Below the pieces are notes generated by a model. That model saw only the letters and a program-made list of their open reading frames with translations, ran no database searches and was not told the origin of the DNA. Of a stretch of DNA of 64,000 nt, positions 19,338 to 29,312 are shown piece by piece; the stretch's first letter is position 1; each line of letters starts with the position of its first letter. Origin of the DNA: an uncultured delta proteobacterium (lineage in GTDB: Bacteria; Desulfobacterota; Binatia; UBA9968); the NCBI GenBank assembly GCA_963745035.1, contig CAVUVW010000020.1:84940-148939 (forward strand), given 5' to 3'. A program made the translations under genes and the position numbers.

Positions 19338-19353
19338 CGCAACAGAAGTGCCA
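19338..19353 (-). promoter_or_regulatory. sigma54 promoter
   Basis: Reverse complement TGGCACTTCTGTTGCG. Confidence 0.75.
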
Positions 19354-19538
19354 TGAAGCGTCGCGGCGCATCTATTGGAATTTCAATCTTTCAGAACACT
19401 TCTTGCCGACGGCCCTGTCCCAACGCTGCGGCGAAACGGCCGCACGCTGATTCAACGACAGGACAAAGCGCGCAAAGCGTTTAGCGCGCCGTCTGCCGCT
19501 CGCGCCGCTAAGAATTCACACGCGCAATCGAAAAATTC

Positions 19539-20849
19539 TCAATGCTCCTTGCGCGGATCGAACGGGTCGCTCGGGTTGCCGCCGTCCGCCGCCTCGCTCA
19601 GCGACTTGAGAGTAATGCCGTCCAAGCCTCGCTGCAGCGCTTGATCGCGCCGGCGCAGCAGCTCGACCATTAGGTCATCGGCTTTGGGCGGCGCCAGCTC
19701 GCCGCGCATGGTCTCGAGAATTTCCGCAGCCGAGACGCTCTCCGGCGCCCGCGCCAGACCGATGCCCGGCGGCTCGACGGCGCGCAGCAGCAGGCGTCCG
19801 GCCACCAGTTTCTCGATCACTACGTCGATCTGGGCCTGCGGCACGGCTAGGCGGTCGCTGAGCTCGGCTTCATTCAGAGGCGCGCGGCCGGCAAGATGAG
19901 CGCGCGCGATCTCGCTGAGCGCGCGCAGCGCCACCCACTCCTGAGTGGCGAGCGTCGAGTTTTCGCGCGCCTGACCACGCAGGTACAGCTGCGCGTGCTG
20001 ATGCAAATAGGCCATCGTGCCGCCCAGCAATACGATCAGCCAGGCGAGGTTGAGCCAGAGAAAGAACACCACGGCGATGGCAAAGCCGGAGTAAAGAGCG
20101 GTGTAGTTGCGCGAATCGGCGACCAACGCGGTAAACGCCATGCCGGCCAGATGCCACAAAATCGCCGCGAGCGCCGCGCCGAAGATCGCCGAGCGGAAGC
20201 GCACTTCGGCGCTCGGGATGATTTTGTAAAGAATCGCGAAGCCCGCCCATAAGATAAGCAACGGCAGCACGCGCGCGAGCAGCCCGAACACCGAGCCGAT
20301 CAGCCGCATCTCGATCAAGCGCTGCACGAGCCAAGTGCTATGCGCGGTGGCGATGAGCGCGAGCACGGCGAACAGGAAAACCGGCGCGATCAGCAGCAGG
20401 CCGAGATATTCGCCGTAGCGGCGCGGCCAGGCGCGGATCGGCTGCGCGCGCCAGATTTGATTCAGCGCCTCTTCCACACTGCTGATCAGCGAAACCGCAG
20501 TGTAGAAAAGACCCACAACGCCGGCGGCGCCGAGCACGGCGACTTGAGCGTTGCTGATAAAGCCGACGATTTCTTGGGTGAAAGTGATGCGCCCGGGGCC
20601 GAGCGGCTCGAGGGCTTCGCTCAAGAAGCTCTCGATGAGGGTCTCGACGCCGAAAGCCTTGAGCACCGAGAAGGCCACCGCGAGCAGCGGCACCACCGAC
20701 ACCAGCGTCCAGTAACTCAGCGCGGCGGCGCGCAAGCTAAGCAGATCGGCGTTGTACTTGTCCACCGCCGCCCGCGCCAGGCGCGACCAGCGGCTATTGA
20801 CTAGAGCGGCGCGAGTCGAGAAGCGCTTGTCATTGAGCGCGCTGGCCAT
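19539..20849 (-). CDS. YihY/BrkB family protein with C-terminal Rrf2-like winged HTH
   Basis: RAAALSYWTLVSVVP, YSGFA..WL.LAW.IVL.G; C-terminus LARAPESVS..EIL. Confidence 0.9.
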   Translation of the reverse strand: MASALNDKRFSTRAALVNSRWSRLARAAVDKYNADLLSLRAAALSYWTLVSVVPLLAVAFSVLKAFGVETLIESFLSEALEPLGPGRITFTQEIVGFISNAQVAVLGAAGVVGLFYTAVSLISSVEEALNQIWRAQPIRAWPRRYGEYLGLLLIAPVFLFAVLALIATAHSTWLVQRLIEMRLIGSVFGLLARVLPLLILWAGFAILYKIIPSAEVRFRSAIFGAALAAILWHLAGMAFTALVADSRNYTALYSGFAIAVVFFLWLNLAWLIVLLGGTMAYLHQHAQLYLRGQARENSTLATQEWVALRALSEIARAHLAGRAPLNEAELSDRLAVPQAQIDVVIEKLVAGRLLLRAVEPPGIGLARAPESVSAAEILETMRGELAPPKADDLMVELLRRRDQALQRGLDGITLKSLSEAADGGNPSDPFDPRKEH

Positions 20850-20971
20850 AACGGCGCGTCACCGAACCGCAATAGGTTGAGAGCCATCGATACGGGCCTG
20901 CTCGATGACTGTACCGGCGCCGCGTTTGGATCGTGGAAACCCGCAAAGAAAATCCAGGAATCGCGCGCTCG

Positions 20972-22351
20972 CTAGCTCGTATGCTCGTCGTTTCGATAGA
21001 TCCCCAGGCTGTCGAGCTTGCGATACAGCGATGAGCGACTCAGGCCGAGCATCTTGGCCGCCACGGCGCGGTTGCCGTCGGTCTCCTTCAACACGTTTTC
21101 GATGTGCATTTTTTCATAGGCGCGCAGCGCGTCGGTAAGATCATGCGGCCCCGCGTAGGCGGCGTGGTTGTTCTCCTCCCACTTTTCCGCGTGCGGGATA
21201 TCGCTCGCGGTGATCCACTCGCCGTTGCCGAGAATCATCGCCCGCTCGAGCACGTTGTCGAGCTCGCGGATGTTGCCGCGCCAGGGAAGCGACATCAAAA
21301 TCCTGATGGCGGCGTTATCCGCGCCCTTGTACGCCTTTTTCATCTCGACGTTGTGCCGGCGGATCAGGTAGTCGATCAGCGGCGCGATATCTTCGCGCCG
21401 CTCGCGCAGCGGCGGCACGCGGATATTGATGACGTTTAGCCGGTAATACAGGTCTTCGCGAAACCGTCCCTGCTCGCACGCCTTGCTCAGCTCGGCATTG
21501 GTCGCGGCGATGATGCGCACGTCGACTTTGGCCGGCTGGGTCGAACCCACCGGGAGAATTTCCTTGGCTTCGATGGCGCGCAGGAGCTTGGGCTGCAAGA
21601 CCGCGGAGAGATCGGCGATCTCGTCCAGGAAGATCGTCCCGCCCTTGGCCCGCTGGAACAATCCTTCGTTGGTGTTGAGCGCCCCGGTGAACGAGCCTTT
21701 GACGTGACCGAAGAGCTGGCTTTCCAGCAGAGTGTCGGGAATCGCGCTGCAGTTGACCGGCAAAAACAGCTTGTCCCGACGCGGGCTCTGGGAATGGATC
21801 GCGCGCGCCACCACCTCCTTGCCGCAGCCGCTTTCGCCGGTGATCAAAACAGTGGAATCCGAGCTCGCGACTTTCTGAATCAGCGTGACGATGTTGCGCA
21901 TCGCCTGGCTACGCCCCACCAGATCGGAAAAGGTCGGCGACAGGCTCGACAGCTCGCGGCGGAGCATCTGGATTTCCCAGGCGAGCCGCCGGTATTCCAT
22001 CACGTGGCGCACCTTGCTCAGCAGGTCCTCGAAGATGATCGGCTTGATCACGTAGTCCTGCGCGCCCAGGCGGAGCGCGTCGATGGCGCTCTCCACCGAG
22101 CCGAATGCAGTGGTGACGATGACCAGCGTGTTGGGAGAGATCTCCCGGACGTGTTTCAAAACGTCGAGGCCGCTTGCCTGCGGCATTTTCAGATCGGTGA
22201 TCACCAGATCGAAGTCGGCATTGTTCACCGCATCGATGGCGGCGTCGCCGTCGGCCGCCTCCTCGACTCGATAGCCCTCCTGCTGCAAGTATTCCTTGAT
22301 GCTCTTGCGGGCCACCTCGTGGTCTTCAGCAATCAATATCGCGCCATTCAA
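20972..22351 (-). CDS. sigma54-dependent response regulator (REC-AAA+-Fis HTH; AtoC/ZraR/NtrC family)
   Basis: ITDLKMP, GESGCGKE, LFGHVKGSFTGA, FLDEI, FREDLYYRL, WRGNIREL, HTH LGLSRSSLYRKL; TTG start after GGAGG. Confidence 0.95.
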   Translation of the reverse strand: MNGAILIAEDHEVARKSIKEYLQQEGYRVEEAADGDAAIDAVNNADFDLVITDLKMPQASGLDVLKHVREISPNTLVIVTTAFGSVESAIDALRLGAQDYVIKPIIFEDLLSKVRHVMEYRRLAWEIQMLRRELSSLSPTFSDLVGRSQAMRNIVTLIQKVASSDSTVLITGESGCGKEVVARAIHSQSPRRDKLFLPVNCSAIPDTLLESQLFGHVKGSFTGALNTNEGLFQRAKGGTIFLDEIADLSAVLQPKLLRAIEAKEILPVGSTQPAKVDVRIIAATNAELSKACEQGRFREDLYYRLNVINIRVPPLRERREDIAPLIDYLIRRHNVEMKKAYKGADNAAIRILMSLPWRGNIRELDNVLERAMILGNGEWITASDIPHAEKWEENNHAAYAGPHDLTDALRAYEKMHIENVLKETDGNRAVAAKMLGLSRSSLYRKLDSLGIYRNDEHTS

Positions 22352-22747
22352 TTTCGCTACCTCCGAAAATTTTAGAAACGCACTAGCGAGCGTCCCATTT
22401 ACGGAACAGTTCACGCGCAGTACTGTAGCAAATCTGAAACAGATTTTCTTATGAGCGCGTATCTACTGTCCCAACGGGTGACGAGAATACACGCTTTTTT
22501 CATTTCGCACACTGCCTGGAGTATAACGTAATCAGACGTTCAATTCTCAGGCCAAATTATTCAATGGTTCGCTATCTCCGTCCGGAGCTTGTGCGCGGGT
22601 GGATGACGCTCTGCCAGCGTGCCGGTTCCATGGCATCTTGTTCTCTGTCCTGCCGCTGCGCCGCCGTTCAGATCGCTGTCCCAAATTCAGCATTCGCAGA
22701 CGGCAAAGTATGCCGTGCTACTTTGCCGCCCTAGACAGTTGCATTCC

Positions 22748-22763
22748 TGGCACATTGTTTGCG
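22748..22763 (+). promoter_or_regulatory. sigma54 promoter
   Basis: TGGCACATTGTTTGCG upstream of the CBS-(small ORF)-ku-ligD run. Confidence 0.75.
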
Positions 22764-22790
22764 CCCGTTCGCCTTCGGAGGTCGCAAGAA

Positions 22791-23249
22791 ATGGAAATCA
22801 GGGAGATTATGACGCGGCAGGTGGAGGTGATTTCGCGCGATGCCGAAGTGCGCGCGGCGGCGATCAAGATGCGCGATCTCGATATCGGCGTGATCCCCGT
22901 CTGCGACGGTGCGACGTTTGCGGGCATCCTCACCGATCGCGACATCGCAGTGCGCCTCGCCGCCGAGGGCCACGATGCCACGCGCACGTTTGTCGGTGAG
23001 ATCATGACGCGCGACCTGACCTACTGCTTCGAAGACCAGAACATCGACGACGCGGCGATCGTAATGGAGTTCCATCGCATCGACCGTCTGCCGATCCTCG
23101 ACCGCAATCACCAGCTCGTCGGTATCGTCTCGTTGAGCGACATCGCTGCACGGTTAAAAGCGCACGTCAACGCCCCCGCGGCGGAGCTCGATGAAGTTCG
23201 CGCTCCCGCGAACCAGGACGCCGCGATGGCGGCGATGACGCGCCGTTAG
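22791..23249 (+). CDS. CBS domain pair protein (YhcV/Hrp1-like)
   Basis: IREIMT, GILTDRDI, RLPILD...LVGIVSLSD; GGAGG RBS. Confidence 0.92.
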   Translation: MEIREIMTRQVEVISRDAEVRAAAIKMRDLDIGVIPVCDGATFAGILTDRDIAVRLAAEGHDATRTFVGEIMTRDLTYCFEDQNIDDAAIVMEFHRIDRLPILDRNHQLVGIVSLSDIAARLKAHVNAPAAELDEVRAPANQDAAMAAMTRR

Positions 23250-23408
23250 ATGAAACGAGCACAGCGACAACGCAACAAGAAAAAGTTCGGCACGGGCGGC
23301 GCGCGCGGGCGGCGCTCCAAGGCCATGACCGTGAAGATCAAGCCCAAGGAAGAGGAGCCGTGCCGGACGCGCAACCCGCAACCGAAAGTCCGAACCCCGC
23401 GGCCTTGA
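23250..23408 (+). CDS. Small highly basic protein (52 aa)
   Basis: ATG immediately after the CBS stop (TAGATG); [33 protein letters not shown]... Confidence 0.5.
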   Translation: MKRAQRQRNKKKFGTGGARGRRSKAMTVKIKPKEEEPCRTRNPQPKVRTPRP

Positions 23409-23418
23409 CGGAGCACGA

Positions 23419-23484
23419 GGAGTGGTGGAGTCATGCTCTGCTTCCCACCCAATACTCCATCACTCCAATATTCCAGCACTCCAA
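23419..23484. repeat. Short periodic CTCCA/TGGAG repeat element
   Basis: GGAGTGGTGGAGT ... TACTCCATCACTCCAATATTCCAGCACTCCA (8-nt period, inverted). Confidence 0.65.
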
Positions 23485-23495
23485 TCGATTTCACC

Positions 23496-24386
23496 ATGGC
23501 GCGAAAAAACTCTCGCAAACGCAAGCCGGCTAAGAAAGCCGAACACCGGAGTTCGGGCCGGCCGATCTGGACGGGCAGCATCGATTTCGGTCTGGTCAAT
23601 ATTCCCGTCAAGCTTTACTCGGCGCAAAACGCCGGCGGCATCGATTTCGATCTGCTCGACAAGCGCGACTTTTCCCGGATCCGCTATCGGCGAGTCAACG
23701 AAAAGACCGGCAAGGAAGTCGATTGGCGCCAGATCGTGAAGGGATACCAGTACGAAAAAGGCGAATACGTCGCCCTCAGCGACGAGGATTTCGCGCGCGC
23801 CAATGTGGAAGCCAGCCAATCGATTGCCATCGTGCGCTTCGTCGATGCAGCGGCCGTGAGCCCGTTCTATTACGACACGCCCTACTATCTTGAACCGTTG
23901 AAAAACGGCCGCCGCGCTTATGCGCTGCTGCGCACGGTGATCCAAAAAACCGGCAAGGTCGGCATCGCCAAGATCGTGCTGCGCACGCGCCAGCATCTGG
24001 CCGCCCTGATTCCGCACGCCGGTCTGCTGGTGTTGAATACCCTGCGCTACGCCCACGAGCTGCGCGATCCCTCGAGCCTCGCCGTGCCTGAAGACCAGGG
24101 CCGCAAAAGCGCCGTGTCCCAGCAGGAGCTGAAGATGGCCGAGCAACTCATCGACTCGATGGCCGGCGATTGGGATCCGGCGCAGTATCGCGACGACTAT
24201 CATGACGACTTGCTTAAGCTCGTCGAGCAAAAAGTGAAATCCGGCAAAACCAAAACGGTGGCCTCCGCCGCCGCGCCGAAGCCCAAACGCGAAGGCAAAG
24301 TGATCGACATCATGCATCTGCTGCGCCAGAGCGTACAACAAGCGCAGTCGAAAGAGGCGCCGGCGCGCTCGCGCAAGACCGGCTAG
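23496..24386 (+). CDS. ku: NHEJ DNA end-binding protein Ku
   Basis: RPIWTGSIDFGLVNIPVKLYSA, IVKGYQY, YDTPYYLEP, VIDIM..LRQSV. Confidence 0.97.
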   Translation: MARKNSRKRKPAKKAEHRSSGRPIWTGSIDFGLVNIPVKLYSAQNAGGIDFDLLDKRDFSRIRYRRVNEKTGKEVDWRQIVKGYQYEKGEYVALSDEDFARANVEASQSIAIVRFVDAAAVSPFYYDTPYYLEPLKNGRRAYALLRTVIQKTGKVGIAKIVLRTRQHLAALIPHAGLLVLNTLRYAHELRDPSSLAVPEDQGRKSAVSQQELKMAEQLIDSMAGDWDPAQYRDDYHDDLLKLVEQKVKSGKTKTVASAAAPKPKREGKVIDIMHLLRQSVQQAQSKEAPARSRKTG

Positions 24387-24501
24387 TACAGCGCGCACGT
24401 TTTTGCATTGTGCGATTTTCTTGTGATTCGCAAACGGAGAAGTGCGTCCGGCCAAAATAAGACCCTAGCGTGATCGTTTACTCGCGCTGATTCTCGCCGC
24501 C

Positions 24502-27006
24502 ATGGCACTCGAGACCTATCGCCGCAAGCGCAATTTCCGCAAGACGCCCGAGCCGCGCGGCAAGATTGTTAGAAAGGCCGAGACGAGGCCGGCGTTTGTC
24601 GTGCACAAGCACGCGGCGCGCCGGCTGCACTACGATCTGCGGCTCGAGATGGCCGGCGTGCTCGCCAGTTGGGCGGTGCCCAAAGGGCCGAGCTACGATC
24701 CGAAGGAGCGCCGCCTGGCGGTGGAAGTCGAAGATCATCCGTTCGACTACGGCGCGTTCGAAGGCACCATTCCCGCCGGCGAATACGGCGCCGGCAAGGT
24801 GATCGTTTGGGACCGCGGCTACTGGGTTCCGGCCGGCGATCCACTGGCGGGTCGGCGCCAGGGCAAACTCAAATTTCAACTTTTCGGCGACAAGCTGCGC
24901 GGCGGATGGACTCTCGTTCGCATCCGGCGGCCGCGCGACGGCGGCGCGAAAAACAATTGGCTGCTGATCAAAGAAAACGATGATTTCGCCGGCGGCCGCG
25001 ATATCGTGAGCGAACGGCCCGAGAGCGTCAGCTCGGGCCGGACCCTTGAAGAAATCGGCGACGAAAACGATGCACCGCAAACACCGCGGAAAACTCGCCG
25101 GCGCGCGCGGCGGAAACGCGCTGCGGAGGGCAAAGCCGCGGCGCTGCGGTGGATCGAGCCCCAGTTGGCTACCCTGGTCACCGCCGTGCCGGCGGGAAGC
25201 CAATGGCTCCACGAGCTCAAATTCGACGGCTATCGCCTGCTTTGCCGCATCGATCATGGACGCGTTTCCCTGTTGACTCGTCATGCGCAGGACTGGACCG
25301 AGCGCTTCGCCGGCGTCGCGCAAGCGGCAAAGCAGTTGCCCGCCAGCCAAGCGCTGCTCGACGGCGAGGTGGTCGCGCTCGAAGACGACGGCACGCACAG
25401 CTTTCAACGCCTGCAGAATTCGCTCAGCGGCGGCGATCCGTCGCGGCTGATCTACTACGTCTTCGACTTGGTGCATCTCGACGGCCGCGATCTCGGCTCA
25501 ATGCCGTTGATCGAGCGCAAAGGTCTCCTGAAAAAACTTCTCTCCGGCGGCGCAGGAAAAAACGCCAAGGCGATCCTGCGCTACAGCGAGCACTGGATCG
25601 ACCAAGGCGAAGAGCTCTTCGCCAAAGCCTGCGCGGCGGGACTGGAAGGAATCATTGCCAAACGCGGCGACGATCCTTACCGCTCGGGGCGCACACGCTC
25701 GTGGCTCAAGATCAAGTGCGCCAAGAGCCAGGAATTCGTCATCGCCGGCTTCACCGATCCGGCCGGCGCGCGCGTCGGCTTCGGCGCTCTGCTGCTCGGC
25801 GTGCACGACGAGAGCGGCGCGCTGCGCTACGCCGGCAAGGTCGGCACCGGCTTTGACGATCGCGCCCTGCGCGATCTCCACGCCCGCCTGAAAGCGCTCG
25901 AGCGGAAAGCGCAGCCGTTTGCGGGCGTGAAGAGAGCCGACTTCCGCAAGGCCCACTGGGTCGAGCCGCGGCTCGTCTGCGAAGTCGGCTTCGCCGGCTG
26001 GACCGCCGACGGCCTGTTGCGCCACGCATCTTTCAAGGGCCTGCGCGAAGACAAGGCGCCCGGCGAGATCAGCCGCGAGGTCCCGGCGGCCAATCCTCCG
26101 GCGCGCGGCGGCGCCGACGGCAACGGGCAAGTGGCGGGAGTAAAATTGACCCATCCCGAGCGCGTGCTCTATCCCGAGCAGGGCATCACCAAGCGCGAGC
26201 TGGCGCTCTATTACGAGCGCGTCGGCGCAGCGATGCTGCCGCACCTGGAGGGTCGCCCGCTCACGGTAGTTCGCTGCCCCGAGGGGCGCGCCGGGCAATG
26301 CTTCTACCAGCGCCACGCGCGCGAGGGAATCACCGAGCCGATCCGCTCGATCCCCGTGCGCGAGCGCGGCAAGACGGCGCGCTATCTTTCGATCGATTCG
26401 CTGCCGGGATTGATCGCCCTGGCGCAGATGGGAATTTTAGAGATCCACACCTGGGGCTCGCGCACGCCGCGCATCGAGCGGCCCGACCGCCTGACCTTCG
26501 ACCTCGATCCGGGTCCGGGCGTGGGCTGGAAGGAAATCGCGCAAGCGGCCCTGCGCCTGCGCGCCCGCCTCGAGGAGTTCGAGCTCGGCGCCTTCGTCAA
26601 AACCACCGGCGGCAAAGGACTGCACGTGGTCGCGCCCATCGCGCCGGAGCAGAGCTGGGACGTTGTGAAGAATTTTTCCCGCGCGCTCGCCGAAAGCGTT
26701 GTCGGCGAAGCTCCCGACCGCTATACCGCGACCGCGTCGAAAACCAAGCGCCGCGGCAAAATCTTCATCGACTATTTGCGCAACAGCCGCACCGCCACCG
26801 CCGTGTGCGCCTACTCGACGCGAGCGCGCCCGGGCGCGCCGGTTTCGCTGCCGGTCGAGTGGCAAGAGCTCGGGAAAGATCCGCGCGCCAGCTTCACGAT
26901 CCGCACGGTTCCCGAGCGCCTGGAAAAACGACCGGGCGATCCCTGGCGCGACTACGAAGACGCGCGCCGGGCACTGACGGCCAAGCTCATCCGCCGCCTG
27001 CGATAA
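24502..27006 (+). CDS. ligD: DNA ligase D (phosphoesterase-ligase-polymerase)
   Basis: Phosphoesterase HAARRLHYDLRLE; ligase ELKFDGYR, EGIIAK, WLKIK; polymerase FDLDP, KTTGGKGLH, FIDYLRN. Confidence 0.97.
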   Translation: MALETYRRKRNFRKTPEPRGKIVRKAETRPAFVVHKHAARRLHYDLRLEMAGVLASWAVPKGPSYDPKERRLAVEVEDHPFDYGAFEGTIPAGEYGAGKVIVWDRGYWVPAGDPLAGRRQGKLKFQLFGDKLRGGWTLVRIRRPRDGGAKNNWLLIKENDDFAGGRDIVSERPESVSSGRTLEEIGDENDAPQTPRKTRRRARRKRAAEGKAAALRWIEPQLATLVTAVPAGSQWLHELKFDGYRLLCRIDHGRVSLLTRHAQDWTERFAGVAQAAKQLPASQALLDGEVVALEDDGTHSFQRLQNSLSGGDPSRLIYYVFDLVHLDGRDLGSMPLIERKGLLKKLLSGGAGKNAKAILRYSEHWIDQGEELFAKACAAGLEGIIAKRGDDPYRSGRTRSWLKIKCAKSQEFVIAGFTDPAGARVGFGALLLGVHDESGALRYAGKVGTGFDDRALRDLHARLKALERKAQPFAGVKRADFRKAHWVEPRLVCEVGFAGWTADGLLRHASFKGLREDKAPGEISREVPAANPPARGGADGNGQVAGVKLTHPERVLYPEQGITKRELALYYERVGAAMLPHLEGRPLTVVRCPEGRAGQCFYQRHAREGITEPIRSIPVRERGKTARYLSIDSLPGLIALAQMGILEIHTWGSRTPRIERPDRLTFDLDPGPGVGWKEIAQAALRLRARLEEFELGAFVKTTGGKGLHVVAPIAPEQSWDVVKNFSRALAESVVGEAPDRYTATASKTKRRGKIFIDYLRNSRTATAVCAYSTRARPGAPVSLPVEWQELGKDPRASFTIRTVPERLEKRPGDPWRDYEDARRALTAKLIRRLR

Positions 27007-27182
27007 TCAACGACAGATGTACGGCATCAGCCGGCGCACCGAGCCGGCGGCTCTGATCCCAGGATCGCTGCTTCTCGGCCTTACGGCTTACGGCCTCGGC
27101 GGCAATCGCGCCGGCCGGACCGGCTGAGTTGTGAACCGCGCGAGAATCGAGCCGGCGAGTTTTCAACCGAAACCAGCGGTGG

Positions 27183-27198
27183 CGGTATATTTCTTGCT
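27183..27198 (+). promoter_or_regulatory. sigma54 promoter (weaker match)
   Basis: CGGTATATTTCTTGCT. Confidence 0.55.
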
Positions 27199-27261
27199 CG
27201 ATTACGCAGTAGCGATGGCCGGTCACATGGCCACCGCAAAAAAAAACGGGAGGACCGCAGG

Positions 27262-27483
27262 ATGAAAACCAACGACGAGTTATTTTATTTTCTCGCCGGA
27301 ATCAGCGTGGGCGTGATCGCCGCGCTGCTTCTGGCGCCGTACTCGGGCGAAGAAACACGGCAATATCTGCGCGAGCGCGTCGATGAAGGGCGCGAGCGCG
27401 CCGAAGACATGCTGGAAAGAGGCAAAGACTACGTCGGCGCGGGTGGCGAATACGGCCGGAGGAATTACGCCGAAAAGATCTGA
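27262..27483 (+). CDS. YtxH domain protein
   Basis: FLAGISVG..AALLLAP.SGEETR; GGAGG RBS. Confidence 0.9.
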   Translation: MKTNDELFYFLAGISVGVIAALLLAPYSGEETRQYLRERVDEGRERAEDMLERGKDYVGAGGEYGRRNYAEKI

Positions 27484-27606
27484 TTGATTGGAGGAAAAGC
27501 GCTACGCCGGGGTGCGGGAAACCATCGCGTTTCTCGACATGCGCACCCGTGGCACGATAACCACGATAACAATTAGGCGCAAAATGCCCGCGCAGGAGGA
27601 TCGCGC

Positions 27607-28356
27607 ATGAGTCTCGAGCATGGAGCCCAGGATGATCTCCGTTGGCAGTCTTCCGATGCGGTAGATGTGGCGCGACGGCGCCTGGCGGAAAACCAGCGCT
27701 GGCTCTCGCTGGCGTTCGGCGGTGGCCTGCTGCTCGGCGCCAGCTCGCGCCGCAGCGTGCCGCTGGCGTTGGCTGGCGCGATGCTTTTGTATCGCGGCGC
27801 CACCGGACGCTGGCCCTTAGCCGATTGGCTCGGCCTTAACGGCGCTCCCGAGCGGCGGCATCCGGCGACCAGCGTGCCCCATCGAAGCGGCATCAAAGTA
27901 GAGCGCTCCATCATCATTCAGAAATCGCCGGAGGAGATCTATCGCTTCTGGCGCGCTCTGGAAAATCTGCCGCGCTTCATGAGCCAGCATGTCTCGGTGG
28001 AGCGCCGCGACGACGCGCGCTCCCATTGGAAGGTCGCCTCCATCGGCGGCGCGACCTTCGAATGGGACGCCGAGATCGTCAACGACGTTCCCAACGAGCT
28101 GCTCGCGTGGCGTTCCCTCGACGGCGCCGATCTCGATCATGCCGGCTCAGTGCACTTCGAGGGCGACGCGCGCGGCGGCGCGCGGGTCAAAGTCGTGCTG
28201 GAGTACCGCCCGCCGGCCGGCAAATGGAGCGCCGAGGCCGCGCGCTTGTTCGGCCAAGAACCGGGACAGGTCCTCGACAAGGACTTGCGGCGCTTGAAGC
28301 AACTCCTGGAGACCGGGGAGATCCCCTCAATTGAAGGCCAGTCTAGAGGCGCGTGA
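27607..28356 (+). CDS. SRPBCC/polyketide cyclase family protein
   Basis: YRFWR.LENLPRFM, SHW, EWDAEI, AWRS, DLRRLKQLLETGEI. Confidence 0.92.
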   Translation: MSLEHGAQDDLRWQSSDAVDVARRRLAENQRWLSLAFGGGLLLGASSRRSVPLALAGAMLLYRGATGRWPLADWLGLNGAPERRHPATSVPHRSGIKVERSIIIQKSPEEIYRFWRALENLPRFMSQHVSVERRDDARSHWKVASIGGATFEWDAEIVNDVPNELLAWRSLDGADLDHAGSVHFEGDARGGARVKVVLEYRPPAGKWSAEAARLFGQEPGQVLDKDLRRLKQLLETGEIPSIEGQSRGA

Positions 28357-28531
28357 TCGTAATTTTAGTTTCTGGTTTAAGCTTCTAAGTCTTGCGGGCT
28401 CCTGCATTCGCCTTAGATTAGAAACCAGAAACCTTATCGGGTTGTCCCACTTCCAAACGTCGCCGGTCGCAGACTGTTTTGTTTCCGACACATGAGGGCC
28501 TTCCGGCCGTGGCTCTCCCGGACTTTCCGCG

Positions 28532-28547
28532 TGGCATGCGTTTAGCT
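28532..28547 (+). promoter_or_regulatory. sigma54 promoter
   Basis: TGGCATGCGTTTAGCT (GG-N10-GC). Confidence 0.6.
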
Positions 28548-28580
28548 CTCGTTTTTCGTAGAACACACAGGGAGGGCTAC

Positions 28581-29153
28581 ATGGCTGGCAAGAATACCGC
28601 CGTATTCGGCATCTACTCCACGCGGGAACAGGTCGAAGAGGGCATCCAGGCGTTGCGCAACAACGACTTTCGGGTCGAGGATATTTCGATTCTGTATCCT
28701 GAGAACGAAGGCAGCAAGGACTTCGCGCACGTGAAAGCGACGAAAGCACCCGAGGGCGCTACCGCCGGAGCGGCTGGCGGCGCGGCGATCGGCGGCGTGC
28801 TCGGCTGGCTCATCGGCATCGGCGCCATCGCGATCCCCGGCGTGGGTCCGTTCATCGCCGCCGGTCCGATCATGGCGGCGCTTGCCGCCGCCGGCGTCGG
28901 CGGTGCAGTAGGCGGTCTGGCCGGAAGCCTGGTAGGCATGGGAATACCGGAATACGAAGCCAAACGCTACGAAGGCCGGATACGAAAGGGCGGCTACTTG
29001 CTGTCGGTTCACTGCGACAACAGCGAGTGGGTCGACAAGGCGAAGGAGATTCTGCGTCGCACCGGCGCGGAAGACATCTCCTCGACCGGCGAGGCCGCTG
29101 CCGATTTCGCCCGCGGCGACAAGCCCACACCGCGCGAGCACACGGCGCGGTAG
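28581..29153 (+). CDS. General stress membrane protein (DUF3341-like, glycine zipper)
   Basis: MAGKNTAVFGIY, AIPGVGPFIAAGP, GIPEYEAKRYE, GAEDIS; GGAGG RBS. Confidence 0.88.
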   Translation: MAGKNTAVFGIYSTREQVEEGIQALRNNDFRVEDISILYPENEGSKDFAHVKATKAPEGATAGAAGGAAIGGVLGWLIGIGAIAIPGVGPFIAAGPIMAALAAAGVGGAVGGLAGSLVGMGIPEYEAKRYEGRIRKGGYLLSVHCDNSEWVDKAKEILRRTGAEDISSTGEAAADFARGDKPTPREHTAR

Positions 29154-29182
29154 CGAGCAGTCGAATTCGCGTTTTACTGCGA

Positions 29183-29300
29183 GGCACGAAGCGCACGAAC
29201 GAACGTTCACCGCAGAGGCGCGGAGGACGCAGAGTACGAGATTCTAAAAGTTACTCTGCGCTCTCCGCGCCTCTGCGGTGAGTATTTTCGTCGTGACCAC
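29183..29300. repeat. Palindromic intergenic element between convergent genes
   Basis: TCACCGCAGAGGCGCGGAG..CGCAGAG / CTCTGCG..CTCCGCGCCTCTGCGGTGA; related to 16772-16843. Confidence 0.75.
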
Positions 29301-29312
29301 GAACGCGCAAGA

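Noticed and set aside
23419-23484. CRISPR-like or coding repeat (extended Ku N-terminus in the ORF track)
   Set aside because: 8-nt periodic unit without spacers and no cas genes; the Ku start is better placed at 23496.
24390-24410. sigma54-like CGCGCACGTTTTTGCA upstream of ligD
   Set aside because: Lacks the invariant GG at -24.
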